Origin: an uncultured Dehalococcoidaceae bacterium
GTDB lineage: Bacteria; Chloroflexota; Dehalococcoidia; Dehalococcoidales; RBG-16-60-22
NCBI GenBank assembly: GCA_964615345.1
Contig: CAZTMR010000003.1
Location: 3,322-66,295 of the forward strand
Direction of reading: 5' to 3'
Length of the DNA: 62,974 nucleotides
Under the pieces are notes generated by a model that had not been told where the DNA came from, did no database searches, and saw only the letters and a program-made list of their open reading frames with translations. Position numbers and translations under genes: made by a program. This document shows, in pieces, positions 1 to 8,912 of the stretch (positions are counted from its first letter, which is position 1; every line of letters begins with the position of its first letter).

Positions 1-1640
1 TGGGCGGCAAATCGCCGCTGACGGGGGGATACGGTGAAGCCGATTCCGGAGGCTACTGGGGAGCCGAGCTGAAGATGGCCGGATTTGACGCGATAATCAT
101 CGAGGGGCAGGCGGAAAAGCCGGTCTATATTTCCATCAAGGACGGGGAGGCATCCCTCAAAGACGCCGGGCATCTGTGGGGAATGAACACGCTGGAATGC
201 GAGAATACCATCCGCGAAGAGCTGGGTGATAAGAGCGTCAAGGTAGCCCAGATAGGGCCGGGGGGGGAGAACCTGGTACGTTACGCCAGCGTGATGAATG
301 ACCTGGACGCGGCCGCCGGCCGGACGGGGATGGGGGCGGTAATGGGCTCCAAGAAGCTCAAGGCGATTGCCTGCCGGGGTACCCGCCAGCTGCCGCTGGC
401 CGACCCGGATGCCGTGCGAGAGCTTTCCCGCTGGATAAGAGACCACGCACCGGCAACCATCCAGAGGTTCCGGGACCTGGGCACGGCGCAGATTGTGGAC
501 AGCCTGCAGGGACTGGGCGGACTGCCGACGCGCAACTTCCAGTTCGGCTCGTTCGAAGGCGCGGAAAAGATTACCGGTGAGACGATGGCGGATACCATAC
601 TGGTAAAAAGGCGGGCGTGTCACGCCTGCCCGGTGCAGTGCAAACGGGAAGTAAAAGTAGACGAGCCTTACCAGGTAGACCCGCGCTACGGAGGGCCGGA
701 ATACGAGACGATTGGCTCTCTGGGTTCCGACTGCGGCATCGACGATTTGAAGGCGATTGCGATGGGGAACCAGCTCTGCAACGCCTACGGGCTGGATAGC
801 ATTTCCTGCGGGGCGACAATCGCTTTTGCCATGGAGTGTTTTGAGAACGGGCTAATCAGCAAGGAGGATACCGGGGGGATAGAGTTGCGTTTCGGGAACG
901 CGGAGGCGATGCTGGAAACAATCGAGCAAATCGGCCGCCGGAAGGGCTTCGGTGACACGCTTGCCGAGGGGGTGGCCCGGGCGGCGAAGGAGATAGGCAA
1001 AGGCGCGGAGAAATACGCCCTGCATATCAAGGGGCAGGAACTGCCCATGCACGAACCCCGGTTAAAGCAGGGGCTGGGCGTTGGCTACAGCATATCACCC
1101 ACCGGCGCAGACCACTGCCATAATATCCATGACACGGCTTACGTTTCTCAGACGGGACTGATGGAGGATATACAGTCACTGGGCGTGCTGGAGCCGATGG
1201 AGCCGGATGACCTTTCCGGGGAAAAGATGCAGCTCCTGTCTTATTACGCCAACTGGATACATTTCCTGAACAGCGCCGTGTGCTGCTACTTCGTGATGTC
1301 TCTGGGGCGGGTAGGCTTCGAGAGAACGTCAAAGCTGGTAAACGCGGCCACGGGCTGGAACACCAGCGTTTTTGAAATCCTGAAGGTGGGAGAAAGGGCG
1401 GTCAACCTGGCGCGGGTTTTCAACGTGAGAGAGGGTTTCACCGTCAAGGATGATAGTATGCCGGAGCGTTTCTTCACGCCGCACCCTTCCGGCCCGCTGC
1501 CGGTAGCGCTCGACCGCGAGGCTTTCGAGAAGGCGAAGGAGATGTACTACGAACTGATGTCCTGGCCCGACGGGACACCTTCCGCAGGCAAACTGGCCGA
1601 GCTGGGCGTGGAATGGGCGATTCCGATGCTGAAAAAATAG
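1..1640 (+). CDS. aor: Aldehyde:ferredoxin oxidoreductase (tungstopterin AOR family), 5'-truncated by window edge
   Basis: ORF 75..1640 stays open back to nt 3 (GGKSPLTGGYGEADSGGYWGAELKMAGFDAIIIEG...). Typical AOR motifs run through domains 2-3. Stop at 1638-1640. Confidence 0.9.
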   Translation, partial: GGKSPLTGGYGEADSGGYWGAELKMAGFDAIIIEGQAEKPVYISIKDGEASLKDAGHLWGMNTLECENTIREELGDKSVKVAQIGPGGENLVRYASVMNDLDAAAGRTGMGAVMGSKKLKAIACRGTRQLPLADPDAVRELSRWIRDHAPATIQRFRDLGTAQIVDSLQGLGGLPTRNFQFGSFEGAEKITGETMADTILVKRRACHACPVQCKREVKVDEPYQVDPRYGGPEYETIGSLGSDCGIDDLKAIAMGNQLCNAYGLDSISCGATIAFAMECFENGLISKEDTGGIELRFGNAEAMLETIEQIGRRKGFGDTLAEGVARAAKEIGKGAEKYALHIKGQELPMHEPRLKQGLGVGYSISPTGADHCHNIHDTAYVSQTGLMEDIQSLGVLEPMEPDDLSGEKMQLLSYYANWIHFLNSAVCCYFVMSLGRVGFERTSKLVNAATGWNTSVFEILKVGERAVNLARVFNVREGFTVKDDSMPERFFTPHPSGPLPVALDREAFEKAKEMYYELMSWPDGTPSAGKLAELGVEWAIPMLKK

Positions 1641-1699
1641 CGACCCTCCTGGGGCAGGGTCTGGCCGGGAGACGACAGTCCTCACCAGAACAAGAGTAA

Positions 1700-1875
1700 A
1701 AAGAACAGGTTAAGCGGAGGCGCCCGAGCGGAAGCGAGGGCATAAGCGGAGAGCAAGCCGGTGCGATTCCGGCGCGGCCGCGCCGCTGTGATTGACGGGC
1801 CGACCGTCATCAGCCAGAACGCCCGCCTCCGAATATCCTGCACCGTTCCGCGGGGAGGGGTGGGGCTTTTTGTTT
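1700..1875 (+). ncRNA. Cobalamin (B12) riboswitch, leader of cbiB-cobD
   Basis: Core GCCGGTGCGATTCCGGCGCGGCCGCGCCGCTGTGA (1757-1791) resembles the conserved GGTG..AATCC..CCCGCCACTGT core. B12-box-like AGCCAGAACGCCCGCC lies at 1812-1827. A G-rich segment followed by TTTTTGTTT (1867-1875) is a possible expression platform. It sits directly upstream of cobalamin genes. Confidence 0.7.
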
Positions 1876-1948
1876 GGACTGACGGGGGGAAACGAAGAAA
1901 GGGCAAGCGCGGAGCGAGGGAAAACGGGACCGGAGGGATACGCAGAAG

Positions 1949-2881
1949 GTGGAGTACCTGCTGATACCGGTAGCGGCCATAGCCATAGACCTGGTAACGG
2001 GAGACCCGCCGAACAGTCTGCACCCGGTGGCCTGGATGGGGAAAGCCACGGCACTCCTGGAGAAAGGAAACCGGAGCCGGCGGCCATCTCTCCAGCTCCT
2101 CTACGGGGCCGGGCTGGCGCTGGCGGTCACCGGGCTGTTCACCGTTCCCGTCTACCTGGGATTGGCCTATCTGAAAAGCGTCAGCGTGATTGCCTACGTG
2201 GTCAGCGGGACGGTGATTCTAAAAAGCACTTTCTCCGTGCGGGGGCTGCGGAAAACCGCGCTGAGAATAAAGGGGCTGCTGGAGGCGGGTGAGCCGGGGC
2301 GGGCACGGGCCGAGCTGCGCGGACTGGTACACCGGGATACGGGAGACCTGAACCGGCCGCTGCTGGCATCAGCGGCGGTGGAATCAGTGGCGGAGAACGC
2401 CAGCGACAGTTTCGTGGCGCCGCTGTTCTACTTCCTGATACTGGGGGTGCCGGGGGCGGTGGGCTACCGGGTGGTGAATACCCTAGACGCGATGCTGGGA
2501 CACCACGGGAAATACGAATACCTGGGGAAGTGTGCCGCGCGGCTGGACGACCTGCTGAACCTGATACCGGCGCGGCTGACGGCGCTTCTCCTGGTGGCGG
2601 CCGCCTGGATTACCGGAAAAGACGGACAGTCAGCGTGGCGTACCGCCCGGCGGGAGCACGCCGGCACGGAAAGTCCCAACGCGGGCTGGCCGATGGCGGC
2701 GATGGCCGGAGCGCTCAGCGTGCGGCTGGAAAAAAAGGGACACTACCGGCTGGGGCGAGGAAAGCCTTTCCCCACGCCGGAGGCAATCGGCCAGGCGGTA
2801 AGGCTGATGGAAATAACGGCGCTGGCATGGGCGGTGATTGCCATCGCCGCGGGAGGGATACAGATTGTCCTTGCGTCCTAG
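1949..2881 (+). CDS. cbiB: Adenosylcobinamide-phosphate synthase CbiB/CobD (membrane)
   Basis: GTG start preceded by GGAGG. N-terminus IPVAAIAIDLVTGDPPNSLHPVAWMG and overall hydrophobic pattern are typical of CbiB. Confidence 0.9.
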   Translation: MEYLLIPVAAIAIDLVTGDPPNSLHPVAWMGKATALLEKGNRSRRPSLQLLYGAGLALAVTGLFTVPVYLGLAYLKSVSVIAYVVSGTVILKSTFSVRGLRKTALRIKGLLEAGEPGRARAELRGLVHRDTGDLNRPLLASAAVESVAENASDSFVAPLFYFLILGVPGAVGYRVVNTLDAMLGHHGKYEYLGKCAARLDDLLNLIPARLTALLLVAAAWITGKDGQSAWRTARREHAGTESPNAGWPMAAMAGALSVRLEKKGHYRLGRGKPFPTPEAIGQAVRLMEITALAWAVIAIAAGGIQIVLAS

Positions 2882-3962
2882 ACCGGAGATAGAGGGCCTG
2901 CGGCCGGCGGTACACGGCAGCATCGATTACGCGGAAGCGGCGGCGATGGGGCTGAAGCCGGATGGAGTCATCGATTTCAGCGTTTGCCTGAACCCGTTTC
3001 CGCTCCCGGGGATAAAGCGAGCAGTCAGCCGGGCGGAAATCGGGCAGTACCCCGATTCCGAAGCCACCGTGTTCCGGCAGCGGCTGGCCGAAAAGCTGGG
3101 GACGAGCGTGGAGAACGTACTGGCCGGCAGCGGCACCACGGAACTCATCCGCCTTATCGCCCTCGCCTATTTCCGGCCGGGAGACCGGGTGCTCATCCCG
3201 CAGCCGACATTTTCCGAGTACGAAGTTGCCTGCCGGATTTCCGGGGCCGAGCCGGTACTGCAGCCCCGGATGAAAGCGGCAGACGCCTTTTCCCTGGATA
3301 CGGAAGAGACGGCAGACCTGGCGCGGAAGTACCGGCCGCGGGCAATCTTCATCTGCAACCCGAACAATCCCACGGGGAGGTATCTTTCCCGGGAGAAGAT
3401 TGAAGCCCTTCTGGAGGCGGCCGGGGAGAGCCTGCTGGTCCTGGACGAAGCCTATATCAGCTTTATCGACGATGCCTGGCCGGCAATCGGGCTGGCAAAG
3501 CGGGAAAACGTGGTAGTCCTGCGCTCCATGACCAAGGACTACGCGCTGGCGGGACTGCGCCTCGGCTACGCGCTAGCTCACAGGGAGGTCATCGCAAACC
3601 TGCGCCGGGTCCGCCCTCCCTGGAACGTGAACGTCTTCGCCCAGGAGGCGGGACTGGCCGCCCTGTCCAGTGCCGGTCACCTGGAGAAGAGCCGGCGCAA
3701 AATCCAAGAGGCGAGGGAGTTTCTGGTGGCCGAGCTGGAACGGCTCGGGCTGAAGGCGCTGCCCGCGGAGACGCATTTCTTCCTGGTCAAAGCCGGCGAC
3801 GCCGGGGCCTTCCGCCGCGCCCTGCTGCGAGACGGCATCCTGGTGCGGGACTGTGCCTCGTTCGGACTGCCCGGCTACGTCCGCATCTCGCCCCGGACGC
3901 TTCCGGAGTGCCGGAAGCTCATCAACGCCATCCACCGGTGGCGGCAGAAGGTCAATAGCTGA
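2865..3962 (+). CDS. cobD: L-threonine-O-3-phosphate decarboxylase (class I/II aminotransferase fold)
   Basis: VHGSIDYAEAAAMGLKPDGVIDFSVCLNPFPLP matches the HGG...DFSxNxNP N-terminus of CobD. ORF track starts at TTG 2838; in-frame TTG 2865 has GGGAGGG 7 nt upstream and overlaps the cbiB stop, so the start is uncertain (2838/2865/2871). Confidence 0.8.
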   Translation: MSLRPRPEIEGLRPAVHGSIDYAEAAAMGLKPDGVIDFSVCLNPFPLPGIKRAVSRAEIGQYPDSEATVFRQRLAEKLGTSVENVLAGSGTTELIRLIALAYFRPGDRVLIPQPTFSEYEVACRISGAEPVLQPRMKAADAFSLDTEETADLARKYRPRAIFICNPNNPTGRYLSREKIEALLEAAGESLLVLDEAYISFIDDAWPAIGLAKRENVVVLRSMTKDYALAGLRLGYALAHREVIANLRRVRPPWNVNVFAQEAGLAALSSAGHLEKSRRKIQEAREFLVAELERLGLKALPAETHFFLVKAGDAGAFRRALLRDGILVRDCASFGLPGYVRISPRTLPECRKLINAIHRWRQKVNS

Positions 3963-4115
3963 CCCGGCGGGAGGCTTTTTCCCGTGAAAGTCCCCTCCCC
4001 AGCTTGAATAGCGCCTTCAGGCGTTTTATTGGACTATGTTGATAAAATTATCAAGTTTTTCCGAAATAAGACAGGTAATTAAGAGCGCCTGCTGGCATAT
4101 TTTTAAAGCTATCTA

Positions 4116-4144
4116 TTGACATTTGTCCCTTTCAATTTTATAAT
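4116..4144 (+). promoter_or_regulatory. Consensus sigma-70-type promoter (TTGACA-17 nt-TATAAT)
   Basis: TTGACA at 4116-4121, exactly 17 nt spacer, TATAAT at 4139-4144, inside a visibly AT-rich intergenic island. Confidence 0.6.
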
Positions 4145-4296
4145 TCAAGAAATCCCCCGGAAACAGGACAAAATTACCAGAGCAATCGGAACTAAAGTAC
4201 TATAGGCATTATGTGCATACGTACTACATAATGGATACAAAGAACGCTTTAAGCCCGGCCGCCGGAAGGTAGACGGTCCCTGAGAGGCAGCGTGCG

Positions 4297-4509
4297 TTGA
4301 ACGGCGAGTACGAAAACAGCGAAGAGATGGCGGAAGAAAGCCTGACCGCAGAGGCAGCAGAGTTGCGCCAGCAGCTACTCAAGCTGGAGACAACACGGAA
4401 CGGGCACAACCAGTTGACCGGCGTATCCAAGGCAAAGCTGGTATACAGCCTCGGCTGTTACCGGGCAAAGTATATCAAGCACCGGATGAGCGAACTGCCC
4501 TGGAGATAG
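4297..4509 (+). CDS. Hypothetical small protein (70 aa, predicted helical/charged)
   Basis: TTG start with GAGAGG 9 nt upstream. Third-codon positions are mostly G/C like neighbouring genes. No recognisable family. Confidence 0.4.
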   Translation: MNGEYENSEEMAEESLTAEAAELRQQLLKLETTRNGHNQLTGVSKAKLVYSLGCYRAKYIKHRMSELPWR

Positions 4510-4584
4510 GTGAGCGGATAGAGGCAACAGGCAAAAAACAGGAAGGGTAAATCTCCCGGCCAGCAACGCGGTTGTGCCAGGAAG

Positions 4585-6552
4585 ATGCAAATCCAAATGG
4601 CATCCAGAGATGAGACCAGAAAAGACCGGACGCCTGTCAGAGAGACGAAGGAAACACGCCGGCGGCGGGCGGGATTAACGGAGTCACCCCGCCGGGGGCG
4701 GGGAGAAAAACAAAAATCCGGCATCCTGATTGTAGAAGGGGAAACCAGTCCGGCGGCAGCCCTGCGGAGCGTCCTGGAAGCAAACGGCTTCCGCACCGAT
4801 ACTGCCAGTGACGGCCGGACCGCACTGGGCAAGTGCCGACGGGAATCATTCTCCCTGGCGCTCGTTGACGCCCGCCTGCCGGATACTTCCGGCGAACGTC
4901 TGGTCGAAGAGCTGGCCCGCTCATTCCCGGAGACGGAATACATCATAGTCACCGATTACGCTTCTCCGGGCACGGCAAGCGACCAGGGTAACCACGGACG
5001 CGTCATCGCCCACGAAAGCAAACCGATGGATATGAACCGCTTCCTGTCCCTGATAAGAGAAGTCAGCGAGCACAAGCAGCTGGAAACGGAGCTGAAAGAA
5101 AGCGAGGAAAGCTACCGCGCGCTCCTGGAACTGACCGCCGAAGCGGGGGAGGCGGTGGTGATATTGCAGGACACCGGCGGCAAGCCGGCCGTCCACAGGT
5201 ACGTTAACGAGGAGTGGCCTTACATCACCGGATACTCCCGGGAGGAACTGCTCGGCATGTCCTGGTTCGAGCTTATCAGCCCGGACTACCGCGCGGAAGC
5301 CAGGAAGAGGTACCGGAAAAGGGAGAGGGGAGAGCGGATAAGGGGTTTTTATGAGCTGGTCATTGTCAGCAAGGACGGCGCCGAGGTGCCGATTGAGGTA
5401 AACGGCGGCCATACCACCCTGCAGGGCAGACAGGCCCACGTGATTTATATCCGGGATATCAGCGAACGCAAGCGGGCGCAGCAGGGGATGGAACAGGCGG
5501 CCAGAGAATGGCGGACGACTTTCGACGCCATTCCGGACATGATTTCAATCCACGACCGTGATTTCCGAATTACGCGGGTCAATATGGCTTTTGCCAATAT
5601 GGTGGGAATGAGGCCGCAGGAAGTTATCGGCCGGGCCTGCTATGAACTGGTGCACGGCGCCGGCGAGCCGCTGCCGCAGTGCCCCTGCCGGCAGGTTTTC
5701 CGTTCCGGGGAGACGTGCCGGGAAGAGTACCTGGAGCCGAAGACCGGCCGCTTTCTGGAAGAGGTGTGCTCGCCGATATTCGATACCCGGGGTAATCTCA
5801 CCGCCGCGGTACACGTGGCCCGGGATGTGACCGAGCGGAAGAAACTGGAGGAACAGCTATTTCACAGTGACCGCCTGGCGTCCATCGGCGAGCTGGCATC
5901 AGGCATTGCCCACGAACTGAACAACCCGCTGACCAGCATCATCGGATTCTCCGAGCTGCTCAGAGCCAGAGACCTGTCCGAGGAAGTGCGCGACGACCTG
6001 GAAATCATTCACCGGGAAGCCCGGCGCAGCGCGGGAGTGGTCAATAACCTGCTCACTTTCGCCCGCAAGCACAAGACGGATAAAGAGCCGGTGGACATTC
6101 ACAAGATTTTAAGAAAAGTGCTGGAGCTGCGCGCCTACCAGCAGAAAGTCAACCGGATACGGGTGGTTACCCGGCTGGCAAGCCGGCTGCCCGGGGTGAT
6201 AGCCGACGAGTTCCAGCTGCAGCAGGTGTTCCTGAACCTGATTATCAACGCCGAGCATTTTATGATCGAGGCACACGGCGCGGGCACGCTTACCATCACC
6301 ACCGGGCGGAGCGGGGATACGGTCAAGGTCTCCTTCACCGATGACGGACCGGGGATTCCCCGGGAAAACCTGGCCCACGTGTTCGACCCATTTTTCACCA
6401 CCAAGGAAAGCGGCAAAGGCACCGGGCTGGGGCTGAGCGTAAGTCACGGCATCATTACGGAAAGCGGCGGCAGAATCCATGCCGAAAGCGAACCGGGCAG
6501 AGGAGCAACTTTCACCGTGGAGCTGCCCGTCAGCCGGCACCGGGCGGGATGA
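4585..6552 (+). CDS. Hybrid sensor histidine kinase (REC-PAS-PAS-HisKA-HATPase)
   Basis: N-terminal receiver (ILIVEGE...LVDARLPDTSG...KP), two PAS regions, H-box SIGELASGIAHELNNPLT, and ATPase G-boxes (DDGPGIP, GTGLGLS). Confidence 0.9.
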   Translation: MQIQMASRDETRKDRTPVRETKETRRRRAGLTESPRRGRGEKQKSGILIVEGETSPAAALRSVLEANGFRTDTASDGRTALGKCRRESFSLALVDARLPDTSGERLVEELARSFPETEYIIVTDYASPGTASDQGNHGRVIAHESKPMDMNRFLSLIREVSEHKQLETELKESEESYRALLELTAEAGEAVVILQDTGGKPAVHRYVNEEWPYITGYSREELLGMSWFELISPDYRAEARKRYRKRERGERIRGFYELVIVSKDGAEVPIEVNGGHTTLQGRQAHVIYIRDISERKRAQQGMEQAAREWRTTFDAIPDMISIHDRDFRITRVNMAFANMVGMRPQEVIGRACYELVHGAGEPLPQCPCRQVFRSGETCREEYLEPKTGRFLEEVCSPIFDTRGNLTAAVHVARDVTERKKLEEQLFHSDRLASIGELASGIAHELNNPLTSIIGFSELLRARDLSEEVRDDLEIIHREARRSAGVVNNLLTFARKHKTDKEPVDIHKILRKVLELRAYQQKVNRIRVVTRLASRLPGVIADEFQLQQVFLNLIINAEHFMIEAHGAGTLTITTGRSGDTVKVSFTDDGPGIPRENLAHVFDPFFTTKESGKGTGLGLSVSHGIITESGGRIHAESEPGRGATFTVELPVSRHRAG

Positions 6553-6950
6553 TTGACGTTATGAATAAATCCAGTTACGATATAAGGAGAGTCCTGGTGG
6601 TGGAAGACGAACCGTCCGTGGGGGACGTCTTCCGGAGGGTCCTCCGCCCGCAAGGGTTTGAGGTGGATATCGCCGTCAACGGAGTGGTGGCCCTGAGGAT
6701 GGTGGAGGAGAAGCACTATGACCACTGCCTGATTGACATCAGGACGCCGGAGATGAACGGGATGGAGTTTTATATGTGGCTCCAGGACAGGCAGCCAGAG
6801 CTGGCGGACCAGGTGATATTTACCAGCGGGGACATCATTGACGAGGAAACGCAGGCTTTCCTGAAAAAAAGCAGCCAGCCCTTCCTGTCCAAGCCGTTCA
6901 CACCAGAGGAACTGGTCAGGAAAACCAGGGAAGCCTGGAAAAGGAGATGA
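6549..6950 (+). CDS. Single-domain response regulator (REC only)
   Basis: VLVVEDEPSV...LIDIRTPEMNG...FTSG...SKPF. ATGA overlap with the kinase stop suggests translational coupling. Confidence 0.9.
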   Translation: MIDVMNKSSYDIRRVLVVEDEPSVGDVFRRVLRPQGFEVDIAVNGVVALRMVEEKHYDHCLIDIRTPEMNGMEFYMWLQDRQPELADQVIFTSGDIIDEETQAFLKKSSQPFLSKPFTPEELVRKTREAWKRR

Positions 6951-7023
6951 AACCATAGTTCAGTCACTGGGCAGAGTACTCATTGTTGACGATGAAGAAA
7001 CCGTCCGTAAGCTGCTGCAGCGG

Positions 7024-7587
7024 ATGATTGAGAACGCGGGGTATACCACGCTTGCCGCGGCCAACGGTCAAGAGGCCCTGGACCGGATAGCGGGGGAGGA
7101 GATAGGCATACTGGTTCTGGATATCAAGATGCCGGAGATGTCCGGCATCGAGGTGCTGAAAAGGGTGGCCACCGATTATCCGGACATTTGCGTGGTAATG
7201 GCCACCGCGGTTGCGGACACGGAGACAGCGGTGGAGACGATGCGGCTGGGTGCGGACGACTACATCACCAAGCCGTTCAGCCAGGATAACGTCCTCCAGG
7301 CGCTGAAAAGGGCCGCCGGAAAAAGGGACCAGAGGCTGGAAGAGGAGCGTCAGCGCCAGCAACTCGAGGAGACCATCAGCAAGCAGGCGGAACGGCTGCA
7401 GCAGCAGTTCGTCGACCTTGTGGAGACTCTGGCCAGAGAACATAAGCTTCTCTACGAACGGGCCGCGAAACAGCGAGGCGGCATAAAGTCGATGTTCAGC
7501 AAGCTCCCTCCGGAACTCCGCAAGCCGATGTCCTCCGTGGAAGAATACAGCGAAGCCCTGCTGAAAATACTGAGAAGAACGAAGTAA
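7024..7587 (+). CDS. Response regulator, REC + C-terminal coiled-coil; true start probably upstream (about 6955)
   Basis: LVLDIKMPEMSG...ATAV...DDYITKPF receiver motifs, then a Q/E/R-rich helix. The conserved beta1 VLIVDDEE is encoded in-frame upstream of the first canonical start (see finding). Confidence 0.8.
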   Translation: MIENAGYTTLAAANGQEALDRIAGEEIGILVLDIKMPEMSGIEVLKRVATDYPDICVVMATAVADTETAVETMRLGADDYITKPFSQDNVLQALKRAAGKRDQRLEEERQRQQLEETISKQAERLQQQFVDLVETLAREHKLLYERAAKQRGGIKSMFSKLPPELRKPMSSVEEYSEALLKILRRTK

Positions 7588-7603
7588 GCACCGGAGCAGG
7601 CGG

Positions 7604-8299
7604 ATGCCCAAAGCGACCATCCTCATCGTGGATGACGAACTCAGCATAATCAAGTTTCTGCGGGCCAACCTGCGGAACAGCGACTACGCCGTGCTGACGG
7701 CGATGGACGGCGACGAAGCCCTGAAGACGACAGAAACCGAGCTGCCGGACCTGGTTATCCTGGATATCACCATGCCGGTAATGGACGGGTTCGAGGTCTG
7801 CCGCCGGATACGGGAGTGGTCACAGGTGCCGATAATCATGCTCAGCGCCCGGAGCGACGAAAATGATAAAGTGAAGTGCCTGGACCTGGGCGCCGACGAT
7901 TATATTACCAAGCCGTTCGGTGCCGGGGAAATGCTGGCCCGTATCAACGCGGTGATGCGGCGCACGGAGTCAGCCGCCGCCACGCCGGCGCAGCCCGCTT
8001 TCAGCCGGGGCGACCTCCGGATAAACTTTGCCTGGAGACAGGTGAACATCGCCGACCGGGAAATAAAGCTGACCCCCACCGAGTATTCCCTGCTGCAGGA
8101 GCTGGCGCTGAACGCCGGTAAAGTGCTGACCCATACCCATCTTTTGAACAAGGTATGGGGGCCGGAGTACCGGGAGGAGCGGGAATACCTGCACGTCTTC
8201 GTGCGGCGCCTGCGGTCCAAGCTGGAGGGTTCTGCCAGCGAAGAAAGCTATATCACCACCGTGCCCGGGGTGGGCTACCAGTTTTCCGGTCCGGCGTGA
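7604..8299 (+). CDS. OmpR/PhoB-family response regulator (REC + winged helix), KdpE-like
   Basis: ILIVDDE...LDITMPVMDG...MLSA...DDYITKPF, plus Trans_reg_C-like TPTEYSLLQELALNAGKVLTHTHLLNKVWG...YLHVFVRRLRSKLE. Confidence 0.9.
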   Translation: MPKATILIVDDELSIIKFLRANLRNSDYAVLTAMDGDEALKTTETELPDLVILDITMPVMDGFEVCRRIREWSQVPIIMLSARSDENDKVKCLDLGADDYITKPFGAGEMLARINAVMRRTESAAATPAQPAFSRGDLRINFAWRQVNIADREIKLTPTEYSLLQELALNAGKVLTHTHLLNKVWGPEYREEREYLHVFVRRLRSKLEGSASEESYITTVPGVGYQFSGPA

Positions 8300-8327
8300 G
8301 CCGATACAAACAAGGGAAGAACTGCGT

Positions 8328-8366
8328 CCGCCAGCCGCAACGGGAGCCATCCCGGCGGTTTTTTTC
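8328..8366 (+). terminator. Putative rho-independent terminator
   Basis: CCGCC...GGCGG stem with internal GGGA/TCCC pairing, followed by TTTTTTT (8359-8365), just after the OmpR-type gene. Confidence 0.5.
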
Positions 8367-8501
8367 TTTCCGGGGGCGGATATTCAGAAAATGTTTAGAT
8401 TTCCCCGGATATTTTTAGGCTCTGTATACCCGGCCGGTCATATCCTGTAAACGGGCAAAGCCGGAAGCGGGGAATCACGGAGACAGAAGAGAGAGGCTGA
8501 A

Positions 8502-8900
8502 ATGAAAAGGCGCCCGTGTCTATTAGTAGTGGACGATGAAAAAGAAATAAGGAACTTCCTCAAGCGCGCCCTGGAAGGACAGGGGTACCGGGTGGTACCG
8601 GCCTGCGACGGGAAAAAGGCTCTCACCCTGTACCCGCTACACCAACCGGACCTGGTTATCCTGGATATCCTGATGCCGGAAATGAACGGGCTGGAGACTC
8701 TGGAAGCCCTGCGCAGGAGCTCCGATGTGCCGGTAATCATGCTGACCGGCAAGGGGGATACGAGCTCGCTACAGGCGGCGCTGGGGCTGGGGGCCGACGA
8801 TTTTGTGAGAAAGCCCTTCCACCTGAGGGAGTTGCTCGCCCGCATCAAAGCCAAGATACGGCGCGCCGCCCAGAGCTATCCTTGCCCACCGGCGAACTAA
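8502..8900 (+). CDS. Single-domain response regulator (REC only)
   Basis: LLVVDDEKEI...LDILMPEMNG...MLTG...DDFVRKPF. Confidence 0.9.
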   Translation: MKRRPCLLVVDDEKEIRNFLKRALEGQGYRVVPACDGKKALTLYPLHQPDLVILDILMPEMNGLETLEALRRSSDVPVIMLTGKGDTSSLQAALGLGADDFVRKPFHLRELLARIKAKIRRAAQSYPCPPAN

Positions 8901-8912
8901 ACCGGCCGAGGA

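Noticed and set aside
7604-8299. Naming the OmpR-type regulator kdpE.
   Set aside because: Sequence resemblance to KdpE is only family-level, and no kdpABC/kdpD genes are nearby, so the gene symbol is withheld.
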